64,000 nt of DNA, from the NCBI GenBank assembly GCA_965219085.1, contig OZ244720.1:2464001-2528000 (forward strand), written 5' to 3'. Below are positions 1 to 8,022 of the stretch, piece by piece. Under the pieces are notes generated by a model that saw only the letters and a list, made by a program, of their open reading frames with translations, ran no database searches and was not told where the DNA came from. The translations under genes were made by a program, and so were the position numbers. Source of the DNA: Dehalococcoidia bacterium. GTDB taxonomy: Bacteria; Chloroflexota; Dehalococcoidia; UBA2979. Positions within the stretch are counted from its first letter, which is position 1; every line of letters starts with the position of its first letter.

Positions 1-1
1 C

Positions 2-175
2 ACTGATGAACGTCTTGTGCTCGCGCTCGGAGCGGCCGGGGCGATCGCGCTGATCGTGGCCGGAGCGCTGCTCAGGCGGCGCGTGCCACTCTACGTAATC
101 GTGCCCGCGGCACTCATGTTCATGCAGGCGGCGGCCTTCTATCTGCACCCGCCTCAGACCGATTTTGGGCGCTGA
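2..175 (+). CDS. 3' end of a membrane protein (partial, starts before the window)
   Basis: Open frame from position 2 reading TDERLVLALGAAGAIALIVAGALL...FYLHPPQTDFGR to TGA at 173-175; two hydrophobic segments. Confidence 0.6.
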   Translation, partial: TDERLVLALGAAGAIALIVAGALLRRRVPLYVIVPAALMFMQAAAFYLHPPQTDFGR

Positions 176-220
176 CACGCCGACGCGCGCTTGAGCGCGC
201 CTGAAGGTAGGCTGGCCGTC

Positions 221-841
221 ATGGACCCCGAACTGCTCGCTCGCCTCGCCGCCGCCGACTCGCTGCACATCGGGCTGGTGTCTGACACGCACATCCCCGA
301 GGCTGGGCCGACGCTGCACCCGCAGGTCTTCGAGGCGTTCCGGGACGTCGACTGCATCCTCCACGCGGGGGACATCCACGACATCTCGCTCATCGACCTC
401 TTCTCCGAGGTCGCGCCGACGTTCGTCGCGCGTGGCAACGGCGATGACGGCTCGGGCGGGCGGCCCGTCCAGCCCGAGGATCCGAGGCTGCGCGAGGGCT
501 GGTTCCTGGAGCTGGCCGGGCTGCGCGTCGGCATCGCCCACACGGTGCCCGTGCCGGACATCGGGGGGTGGACGCTGGAGCGGGCGATGGAGCGCTACTG
601 CGGCCGCACCGACCTCGACGTGATGGTCTTCGGCGACACCCACACCGAGTGGTGCGAGGAGGTCCGCGGCGTGCTGTGCGTGAACCCGGGCTCGCCGACG
701 CTGCCGCGCAACTACGAGCAGCGCCTCGGGACCATCGCCTTCCTCGATATCGCCGGCGGCACGGCGACCGTGGACATGCGGCAACTGACCGAGGATGGCC
801 ACGAGCCGTTCGACTGGTCGACGTGGAAGAGCCCGCTGTAG
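221..841 (+). CDS. YfcE/MJ0936-family metallophosphoesterase
   Basis: Motifs SDTH, HAGD, GNGD, GDTH, NPGS; ATG at 221 preferred to TTG at 191. Confidence 0.85.
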   Translation: MDPELLARLAAADSLHIGLVSDTHIPEAGPTLHPQVFEAFRDVDCILHAGDIHDISLIDLFSEVAPTFVARGNGDDGSGGRPVQPEDPRLREGWFLELAGLRVGIAHTVPVPDIGGWTLERAMERYCGRTDLDVMVFGDTHTEWCEEVRGVLCVNPGSPTLPRNYEQRLGTIAFLDIAGGTATVDMRQLTEDGHEPFDWSTWKSPL

Positions 842-930
842 CCCAATGTAGCCCGAGCCCTCGACCCGACCGTGCCGACGCTGGTGCGCGCGGTATACCC
901 TGCACGCCGTGGCGAGCGGGGAGGCGCACG

Positions 931-1521
931 ATGGTGGACTACGACGCACGTACGGCGCTCGTCGTCGTCGACGTGCAGAACGACTTCGCGCACCCGGACG
1001 GCGCGCTCTACGTGAGCGAGGCCGGCGAGGCCATCGTCACCGTCAACGAGGAGATCGAGCGCGCCTCGGCGGCCGGCGCGCTCGTCGCGTACACGCAGGA
1101 CTGGCACCCGGAGCACACGCCGCACTTCGCGCCGGACGGCGGCATCTGGCCCGTCCACTGCGTCGGCGACTCGTGGGGCGCGCAACTCCACGACGACCTG
1201 ACCGCGCTCGATGACGCCGCGCGCGTCCGCAAGGGCGTCGATGGCGAGGACGGCTACTCCGGCTTCACCGTCCACGACGTCGAGCGCGACGAGGACGCGC
1301 CGACGGAGCTTGAGGGCCTGCTCCGCGAGCGCGACGTGGAGCGGGTGGTCGTGGTCGGCCTCGCGACGGACTACTGCGTGCGCGACACGGCGCTCGATGC
1401 CGCCCGGCTCGGCTTCGAGACGACCGTGCTTGCGCGCGCGATCCGCGCCGTGAACCTCGAACCCGGCGACGGCGAGCGTGCGCTCGAGGCGATGCGCCTG
1501 GCCGGCGCGCGCATCGAGTGA
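931..1521 (+). CDS. pncA: Nicotinamidase (isochorismatase family)
   Basis: VVDVQNDF, DWHP..H, WPVHCV, GLATDYCV; GGAGG RBS before ATG 931; coupled to pncB. Confidence 0.9.
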   Translation: MVDYDARTALVVVDVQNDFAHPDGALYVSEAGEAIVTVNEEIERASAAGALVAYTQDWHPEHTPHFAPDGGIWPVHCVGDSWGAQLHDDLTALDDAARVRKGVDGEDGYSGFTVHDVERDEDAPTELEGLLRERDVERVVVVGLATDYCVRDTALDAARLGFETTVLARAIRAVNLEPGDGERALEAMRLAGARIE

Positions 1522-2882
1522 GCCCGCCACACAACCGCGAGGCGGCCGCGGGCGTCGACCTCGCGCTGTTCACCGACCTCTACGAGCTGACGATGCTCCA
1601 GTCGTACTGGGAGCACGACCTCCGCGCGCCTGCCACGTTCGAGCTGTTCGCGCGCACGCTCCCTGAGGGCCGCAACTACCTGCTCGCCTGCGGTCTCGAT
1701 TCCGCACTGACGTACCTCGAACGGCTCAGCTTCGGGGCCGAGGCGCTCGCGGCGCTGGAGCGGGTGGGCTTCCCCGCGGGCTTCCTCGACTGGCTCGGCG
1801 AGCTGCGGTTCACGGGCGACGTGTGGGCGATGCCGGAGGGGACGCCCGCCTTCGGCAACGAGCCGCTGCTGGTCGTCGAGGCGCCGATGCCGGAGGCGCA
1901 GGTGGTAGAGACGTACCTCATCAACCAGGTGCACTTCCAGACGCTCGTCGCCTCGAAGGGCGCGCGCGTCGTCACCGCCGCGGCAGGGCGTCCTGTCGCC
2001 GACTTCGGCGGGCGCCGTGCCCACGGGACCGACGCCGGACTGACGGCCGCACGCGCGCTCTACCTCGCCGGCATGGCGTCGACGTCGAACGTGGCGGCCG
2101 GCGCGCGCTACGGCATCCCCGTGACCGGCACCATGGCGCACAGCTACGTGCAGGCGCACGGCGAGGACTACTCGGCGTTCCGCGACTTCGTCGCCACGCA
2201 CCCCGAGACCACGCTGCTCGTCGACACGTTCGACACGCTCGAGGGGGTGCGCACGGTCGTCGCCCTCGCCGAGGAGCTCGGCGACGCGTTCCGCGTGCGC
2301 AACATCCGGCTCGACTCGGAGCCGCTCCGGGAACTGGCCGTCGAGGCGCGGCGCATCCTCGACGCGGCCGGGCTCACCTCCGTGCGCATCATCGCGAGCG
2401 GCGGCCTCGACGAACACGGCGTCGCCGACCTCGTCGCCGCGGGTGCGCCGATCGACGCCTTCGGCGTCGGCACGCGCGCGGTCACGTCCGCCGACGCGCC
2501 GACGTTCGACGCGGTCTACAAGCTCGTCGCGTACGACGGCGAGGGGCGGATCAAGCACTCGACGGGCAAGGCGACGCTCCCCGGCCGCAAGCAAGTGTTC
2601 CGCCAGCGCGCCGCCTCGGGCGTTGCGAGGCGCGACATCCTCGCCCGCGCCGACGAGCGCCACGCGGGCGAGCCGCTCCTCGTGCAGGTCATGCGCGGCG
2701 GGGAGCGCCTACCCGCGGGCGAGGACTCGCTGGAGCGTGCGCGCGAGCGGGCTGCCTCGGAGATCGCACGCCTCCCCGAGCGGCTGCGAGGACTCGATGA
2801 GGCCTCGCCGCCGTACGAGGTGGTGGTCAGCGAGGCGCTGCGCGCGGACGCGGCCCGCCTCGGGCGGGCGTGGGACGATTAG
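1518..2882 (+). CDS. pncB: Nicotinate phosphoribosyltransferase
   Basis: TDLYELTM, DFGGRRAHG, GTMAHS, LLVDTFD, IRLDS, SGGLDE, FGVGT, VYKLV; GTGA overlap with pncA. Confidence 0.93.
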   Translation: MSPPHNREAAAGVDLALFTDLYELTMLQSYWEHDLRAPATFELFARTLPEGRNYLLACGLDSALTYLERLSFGAEALAALERVGFPAGFLDWLGELRFTGDVWAMPEGTPAFGNEPLLVVEAPMPEAQVVETYLINQVHFQTLVASKGARVVTAAAGRPVADFGGRRAHGTDAGLTAARALYLAGMASTSNVAAGARYGIPVTGTMAHSYVQAHGEDYSAFRDFVATHPETTLLVDTFDTLEGVRTVVALAEELGDAFRVRNIRLDSEPLRELAVEARRILDAAGLTSVRIIASGGLDEHGVADLVAAGAPIDAFGVGTRAVTSADAPTFDAVYKLVAYDGEGRIKHSTGKATLPGRKQVFRQRAASGVARRDILARADERHAGEPLLVQVMRGGERLPAGEDSLERARERAASEIARLPERLRGLDEASPPYEVVVSEALRADAARLGRAWDD

Positions 2883-3187
2883 GCCTCGGTCTCGTCGCCT
2901 CCGCACAGTTCCACGCGCGCCTCGACGCCCGGGATGGCTCGCAGCCGTCCGTCAAGCTCGCGGAACGCCGGCGAGGCGCGCCAGGCCAGGGCGGCCTCAC
3001 GCGATTCCCACAAACTCGTCAGCAACAGCGAGCGCCGCGAGATCCATCGGTGCATCCGCACGCAGCCGGGCGCCGTGCGGCCATCGCGTTCGAGGCGGCG
3101 TGCGAGCCAGAACGCGCGCGGCATCGAGCGCATGCGCCGCAGGTGCCAGGCGGTCAGCAGCAGGACGGGGGCCGTTGGCGGTTGCAT
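2879..3187 (-). CDS. Small ABM/dimeric alpha-beta barrel-like protein
   Basis: ~102 aa from ATG 3187; APG...TSLWESREAALAWRASP pattern typical of ABM-like proteins. Confidence 0.55.
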   Translation of the reverse strand: MQPPTAPVLLLTAWHLRRMRSMPRAFWLARRLERDGRTAPGCVRMHRWISRRSLLLTSLWESREAALAWRASPAFRELDGRLRAIPGVEARVELCGGDETEA

Positions 3188-3203
3188 GCGCCGACGGTAG
3201 CAC

Positions 3204-4286
3204 TCAACCGAACTCGCCGAGGATGTGCGCGAGCAGGCGCAGCATCCGCCACCCGTCGCGCGCCGCGTGGCGCAGGTTCCCCGGCTGCGGCTCGACGTGG
3301 TCGAAGAGGTCGAGGCGATGGTAGAGGGCGGGCTCGTGCGCTGCGGCGAGCGCCTCGGACTCCACCCACGGCACGAACGCGTCGGCGCGGTCATGCAGCA
3401 GGTAGAGTGGGGCGCGCAGGCCGTCGATGTGGCGGCTCGGGCTCACCCCATCGAGGTTCGCGCGCGGCACCGGCCCGAGACCATCCAGGAACGCCTCGGC
3501 CTCCTCGATCGTCGCCCCGTCGGCCAGCGCCTCGAAGACGGCACGCCCCGGCTCATCGAGCGACGCGAGGAGGGTGTTGCGGACGGCGCGCTCGGAGATG
3601 CCCGCTGGGTCCCACGCCTCGACGCCCTCGGGGCCGCGGAAGCTCCGCGAGAGCACCGAGGCGGCGAGGCTCGCGGCGTCGTAGTACGGCCCGATCGCGA
3701 CGACGAAGGCGACGTCCCCGGCGACCTCCGGCTGCGCGGCGGCGACTATAGTCAGCGATCCGCCGGCCGACAGCCCGACGTAGCCGACTCGGTCCTCGCG
3801 CACGCGCGGGTGCGCCGCGAGCGCCTCGAACGCGGCGGTGAGGCGTCCGATCTCGACGGGCAGCACCACCGCGCCATCGAGCTCGTCGGAGTGGGAGAGC
3901 AGCACCGCGAAGCCGATGCGCGCGAGACCCTCGGTGAAGCGCACGACGCGCTCGTCGTCGGCCTCGGCGGGGTCCGCGCCGAGCACGACGATGAGGCCCG
4001 GCGCCTCCCCGTCGCCGGCGGGGAGGGTGAGCACGCCGCTACCGCCCTCGGCGTAGTCGAGCGTGTGCGTCGAGGGGTCGCCGGTGAACCACGTGATGGG
4101 GCGGCCGGGGAGGCGGAACACGACGTCTGCGGTGAATGCGGTGGCGCGCAGCCAGTCGTGCGCGGTCGGGAGCGCCGCGCCGACGGCCATGAGCGCCACG
4201 AGCATGGTGAGGAAGCGCAGGCGGCGCCGGATGGCCCACGCGTCCATGCGTCGAGGGGCGAGTCGGCGGGGGTCGAGGCGGCGCAT
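3204..4286 (-). CDS. Membrane-anchored alpha/beta hydrolase
   Basis: N-terminal TM helix, GLSAGG nucleophile elbow, HDRADAFVP, DLFDHV; start uncertain. Confidence 0.7.
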   Translation of the reverse strand: MRRLDPRRLAPRRMDAWAIRRRLRFLTMLVALMAVGAALPTAHDWLRATAFTADVVFRLPGRPITWFTGDPSTHTLDYAEGGSGVLTLPAGDGEAPGLIVVLGADPAEADDERVVRFTEGLARIGFAVLLSHSDELDGAVVLPVEIGRLTAAFEALAAHPRVREDRVGYVGLSAGGSLTIVAAAQPEVAGDVAFVVAIGPYYDAASLAASVLSRSFRGPEGVEAWDPAGISERAVRNTLLASLDEPGRAVFEALADGATIEEAEAFLDGLGPVPRANLDGVSPSRHIDGLRAPLYLLHDRADAFVPWVESEALAAAHEPALYHRLDLFDHVEPQPGNLRHAARDGWRMLRLLAHILGEFG

Positions 4287-4335
4287 GGCCAGATGGTACG
4301 TCCGGGGCCGAGGGGAGGGGGGCGTTTACCAGGGT

Positions 4336-4364
4336 AGAACGGGCGTTCGTAGACCGGCTATACT
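4336..4364 (+). promoter_or_regulatory. Promoter of TIR gene 1 with LexA-type SOS box
   Basis: AGAAC-GGGC-GTTCG at 4336-4349 lying over the expected -35 position; TATACT -10 at 4359-4364. Confidence 0.6.
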
Positions 4365-4396
4365 CGGCCACGGCGGGGTTGGTGGGGGGAACCACG

Positions 4397-4780
4397 ATGG
4401 CGCGACATGTCTTCCTCAGCTTCGCGGCTGAGGATCAGTGGCTGGCCAACGCCTTGCGCAGGCAGGCCGAGAGCAGGAGCTGCGGCCTCGAACTCCGCGA
4501 CTACGCAGCGTCGGAGCCGTTCGAGCGCGCGCGCCGGATGAACGTCGAACGGCTGATCCGCACGTGCTCCGCGACGATCTGCCTCGTCGGCAAGACGACG
4601 TGGCGCAGCGACGCGGTGAACTGGGAGATCCGCAAGAGCAGGGAGCTCGGGAAGCGGGTCATCGCCGTGCGGCTCTCGTCCGACGTCTCGCGCTACCCGG
4701 AAGCGCTGATCAAGCCGGGCGTGACGATCGTCCCTCGGGACATCGAGGAGGTCGCCCGCGCGCTCGGCGTCGCGGCGTGA
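4397..4780 (+). CDS. TIR domain protein (ThsB/MTH538/DUF1863-like), copy 1
   Basis: VFLSF..ED, CSATICLVG, T..S.AVNWEI (catalytic Glu), GKRVIAV; 127 aa from ATG 4397. Confidence 0.85.
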   Translation: MARHVFLSFAAEDQWLANALRRQAESRSCGLELRDYAASEPFERARRMNVERLIRTCSATICLVGKTTWRSDAVNWEIRKSRELGKRVIAVRLSSDVSRYPEALIKPGVTIVPRDIEEVARALGVAA

Positions 4781-4838
4781 CCGCATGAGCGACCATCACG
4801 GGCCTCATGGGGCGCTCGGCAAGCCGGGAGATGTCGCT

Positions 4839-4861
4839 AGAACGCGCGTTCGGCGTAGACT
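4839..4861 (+). promoter_or_regulatory. Promoter of TIR gene 2 with LexA-type SOS box
   Basis: AGAAC-GCGC-GTTCG at 4839-4852; TAGACT -10-like hexamer at 4856-4861. Confidence 0.55.
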
Positions 4862-4903
4862 GTACTTCGCTGGCGGGCTGGAACCGGGCAAAGGCGGTCA
4901 TCG

Positions 4904-5287
4904 ATGGCGCGAAACGTCTTCCTCAGCTTCGCGATGGAGGATCAGCGGCTTGCCAACGCGTTTCGGGTGCAGGCGACGAACAGCCGCTCCGACCTGGAGT
5001 TCCGTGACTACTCCGTGAAAGAGGCGTTCGAGCACGCGTGGAAGACGAACGTTGAGCGTCTGATCCGGATGTGCTCCGCGACGGTCTGTCTTGTCGGTGA
5101 GTCCACGTGGCGCAGTGATGCGGTCGACTGGGAGATACGCAAGAGCAATCAGCTGGGGAAGCGGCTGATTGCGGTGCGGCTGGGACCCGACGTTCGACTT
5201 CCAACGGCCCTGGGCGAGTTGGGCGTCACAGTCGTTCCATGGGATATCGAGGCGATCATGCGGGAACTCGGTGGCGTGGCCGCGTGA
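4904..5287 (+). CDS. TIR domain protein (ThsB/MTH538/DUF1863-like), copy 2
   Basis: VFLSF..ED, RDYSVKE.F..AWK, SATVCLVG, S.AVDWEI; ~66% identical to copy 1 by manual alignment. Confidence 0.88.
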   Translation: MARNVFLSFAMEDQRLANAFRVQATNSRSDLEFRDYSVKEAFEHAWKTNVERLIRMCSATVCLVGESTWRSDAVDWEIRKSNQLGKRLIAVRLGPDVRLPTALGELGVTVVPWDIEAIMRELGGVAA

Positions 5288-5817
5288 CCACGGATGGGGC
5301 AGCCCTCGAGCGCCGATTGTTCCCCGCGGGTCCGCCACCCGCGGACGATGGAACCGCGCGGTCCTTGCTCGACCAGTACCGGCTGCTGGTGGAGTCGTCC
5401 GAACGGGTGGTGGCTCGGCGTCAGACCGCCAACACGTTCTTCCTCTCCATCAACTCGGGTCTCTTGATCGTCGCGGGCGTCCTGCTTCGCGAAGGCGACT
5501 TGGTCTCCACACTGGGCGGAGGTGTGAGCGCGGGTGTGAGCTTGATGGGGTTCTTCATCTGCTTCGTGTGGTGGCGCATGGTGACGTCCTTCCGCCAGTT
5601 GAACACGGCGAAGTTCAGGATCATTCACCTGCTGGAGGGTCATCTCCCGGCTGCCGTCTTTGCGGCCGAGTGGGATGCGCTCGGCGAAGGACACGACCCG
5701 TCGCTCTATCGCCCCTTCACGCGCCTCGAGACACAGATCCCCATGGGACTCATGGCCCTCTATGGAAGCGCGGCTGTGGCCGGGGTCGTGTTGGCGGCAC
5801 TCAGCGGGATTCGCTGA
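5284..5817 (+). CDS. Small integral membrane protein (2-3 TM), resembling the TIR-associated RipA/octameric membrane protein family; putative effector
   Basis: GTG start overlapping the TIR2 stop (GTGA); LDQYRLLVESSERVVARRQTANTFFLSIN, two TM helices, SFRQLNTAKF.IIH.LE..LP, EW..LGEG, FTRLE..IP and a C-terminal TM. Confidence 0.75.
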   Translation: MTTDGAALERRLFPAGPPPADDGTARSLLDQYRLLVESSERVVARRQTANTFFLSINSGLLIVAGVLLREGDLVSTLGGGVSAGVSLMGFFICFVWWRMVTSFRQLNTAKFRIIHLLEGHLPAAVFAAEWDALGEGHDPSLYRPFTRLETQIPMGLMALYGSAAVAGVVLAALSGIR

Positions 5818-5831
5818 CCCGCCGTTCGCAG

Positions 5832-6263
5832 CTACCCGCCCAGCATCGCGTCCAGCGACAGCGGCCCCGCGCCGCCGAGGATGAGCGCGACGAGGGCCGC
5901 GACCATGAGGATGTCGAGTTCGTAGCCCTGCGCGTTCTCGTTGCCCGCGAACGGCAGGTGCAGCTTCGCCGCGTTCGTGTACGTCGCCACCGCCATGCTC
6001 ACGGCGAGCGGGATCGCGACCCACGACGTGAACAGGCCCGCGAGCAGCGCGAGACCGCCGATGACCTCGAGCGCCACGACGAGGGGACCGAGCAGCCGCG
6101 GGATTGGATAGCCGAGTTCACCGAGCCACGAGCTGAAGCCGCCGACGCCGCGCCGGAACTTGCCGTAGCCGGCGTGCACAAGGATGACGCCGAGGGCGAC
6201 GCGTAGCGGCAGCATCGCCCATCCGGGCTCGCAGGCGCAGAGGGGCTCGGTCAGCACGTCCAC
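5832..6263 (-). CDS. DoxX family membrane protein
   Basis: LRVALGVILVHAGYGK, EVIGGLALLAGLFT, GYEL, GAGPLSLD. Confidence 0.88.
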   Translation of the reverse strand: MDVLTEPLCACEPGWAMLPLRVALGVILVHAGYGKFRRGVGGFSSWLGELGYPIPRLLGPLVVALEVIGGLALLAGLFTSWVAIPLAVSMAVATYTNAAKLHLPFAGNENAQGYELDILMVAALVALILGGAGPLSLDAMLGG

Positions 6264-6371
6264 GGGTCGACTCGCACTACGCGGCGGGCGCCTGCATCGA
6301 GGAGCCCGGCAAGGAGGAGCACTTGCGCGCCGGTGCGGGCGAGGCCCGTCACCGGCGCGTCGGGCCCGGCG

Positions 6372-6836
6372 CTAGCGTTTTGGCAACTGCACCACCGCGG
6401 TGCCCTGCAGTGGCCGCTCGCCTCGCTCGTTCTCGAGGTAGATGTCGAGCTTCACCGTGCCGCCGCCGTCGCCTTCCTCGGTGTCGGTGATGAGGCCGAG
6501 CACCTTGAGTGCGTCGTCGTGCAGCACGGGACGGCGGAAGTTGACGTCGACGAACTCGAGCGTGCCCGCCGTGCCGACCCAGTCGGTGACGAGCTTCGTC
6601 AGCTTCGAGAGGCTGAACGCGCCGGGGACGATCGGCTTGGGGAAGCCGAGCTTCTTCGCGCCCTCGGGGTCCGTAAAGCGCCCGTCGCCGGGGCCGCCGG
6701 AGCCGAGCGCGTCACCCTCGAGCCCGAGGTAGCCGAGCACCTGGTCCATGGTCGGGGTCCACGCGTCCTCGAACTCGTCGCCGAGGTCGACGTCGTCGAA
6801 GTAGTTCTGCGTGGTGGGGTCGACGGTGGGTGTCAT
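6372..6836 (-). CDS. MaoC-like hotdog-fold protein
   Basis: YFDDVDLGDE, A..LGFPKPIVPG, FRRPV..D.L, G.AVV.LP; canonical D-x-N-P-x-H absent. Confidence 0.75.
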   Translation of the reverse strand: MTPTVDPTTQNYFDDVDLGDEFEDAWTPTMDQVLGYLGLEGDALGSGGPGDGRFTDPEGAKKLGFPKPIVPGAFSLSKLTKLVTDWVGTAGTLEFVDVNFRRPVLHDDALKVLGLITDTEEGDGGGTVKLDIYLENERGERPLQGTAVVQLPKR

Positions 6837-7264
6837 TCGCCGACCTGCCTGCGGACCATGAGCTGGTCGGAGTGGGCGACTTCCTCGCCGGCCTCGTCCC
6901 GGTAGGTGAGGCGGCTGACCTGGAAGACCATGGTGCCCGTGCGGCCGGTCTTGGCGTAGACCTCCTTGGCCTGCGCCCAGCCGGTGAGGGTCTGGCCGAC
7001 CTTGACGGGCTTCAGCAGCTCCATCCGCGATCCGGCGTGGAAGCCGGTGTTGCCGAACTTCACCTTCGGGTCCGGGCCGCCGCGGAAGCGCAAGCGCTGC
7101 AGGACGCTCGGAGGCACGAAGCCCTGCTCCGTGTAGCGCGGGTTGGTCTCACCCATGAGCTCGCAGTAGCGCGCCACGGTCTCTGCGTCGACGGTGATGG
7201 TGCCGACTTCCTCCTCGATGCCGATGACGCTCGCGTCGTATTCGAATACTGCTTCTTCGGTCAT
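6833..7264 (-). CDS. MaoC N-terminal/FAS1-like hotdog-fold protein
   Basis: YCELMGETNP.Y, FHAGS, PVKVGQTL, KTGRTGTMVF. Confidence 0.8.
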   Translation of the reverse strand: MTEEAVFEYDASVIGIEEEVGTITVDAETVARYCELMGETNPRYTEQGFVPPSVLQRLRFRGGPDPKVKFGNTGFHAGSRMELLKPVKVGQTLTGWAQAKEVYAKTGRTGTMVFQVSRLTYRDEAGEEVAHSDQLMVRRQVGE

Positions 7265-8022
7265 ACCGCCTCTTCCTCGAGCGTTTGCTCGATAGTCACT
7301 GGATAATAGTCGCCCGTGGCCAGTTGCTCCACGAGGTCCTCGAGGGTGGCTATAGGCTGGGCGAACGCCGTCAGGCAGCGCCCGATCGCGCTGACATAGT
7401 GGGCGTCGCTGCCGCCGACCTGACCGAGCCCGTGCTGCTCGGCGAACTCCGCGCCGATGCCGTTCTCGTGGTCCGAACTGCCGCCGTTGAGCGCCTCGAC
7501 TGCTTCGACGAACTCAAGGCTGTGCCCGTTCGCCACGTGCTCCGCGATGCCGATGCTCGGCCGGCCGGCGTGCGCGGCCACGGCGAAGCCGCCGGTCTCG
7601 CGGGCGATGCGGAACACGTCGGCCGGCGGCAGCCGCGTCGAGGAGAGGTCGAAGTGGCGCGCGAAGTCGTCGGTGATGCCGTAGACCAACACGTGCCCGA
7701 CGGTCGTCTCGACCTCCGCGCCGCGCAGCACGACTGCCTCGTACTGCTCGGAGATCGCCGCGTAGTCGACGTCCGGGTCGAACTGGCGGTGTTCGGTCAG
7801 CACGAAGCCGTCGATGTGGTAGCCGCGCCTGCGGCGGGAGGCGATCCACTTGAGATAGCCCTCGACGGTCCCGCCGGCGTCGTCCGACGCGTCGGTCGAG
7901 TGGGAGTGGAGATCGACGTAGAAACGGCGTCCGGCGATGAGATCGTCCTTCCGGCGGGCAGGCGCGGGCTCGCCATTCTCGGCAGCGCGCGGCGCGGGCG
8001 TCAATCGGACGCCGCCGCTCAC
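7261..8022 (-). CDS. PHP-domain metallohydrolase
   Basis: DLHSHS, LTEH, GAEVETTVGH, AAH, GGSDAH; GTG start overlapping the menC stop. Confidence 0.85.
   Translation of the reverse strand: MSGGVRLTPAPRAAENGEPAPARRKDDLIAGRRFYVDLHSHSTDASDDAGGTVEGYLKWIASRRRRGYHIDGFVLTEHRQFDPDVDYAAISEQYEAVVLRGAEVETTVGHVLVYGITDDFARHFDLSSTRLPPADVFRIARETGGFAVAAHAGRPSIGIAEHVANGHSLEFVEAVEALNGGSSDHENGIGAEFAEQHGLGQVGGSDAHYVSAIGRCLTAFAQPIATLEDLVEQLATGDYYPVTIEQTLEEEAV

Noticed and set aside
4785-5018. ORFs 4785..5018 and 4807..5007 between and over the TIR genes
   Set aside because: Overlap TIR2 out of frame and cover its promoter and SOS box; no protein-like features
4397-5817. Calling the locus canonical Thoeris (thsA/thsB)
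   Set aside because: No SIR2-SLOG or TM-macro ThsA is present; only the TIRs are ThsB-like
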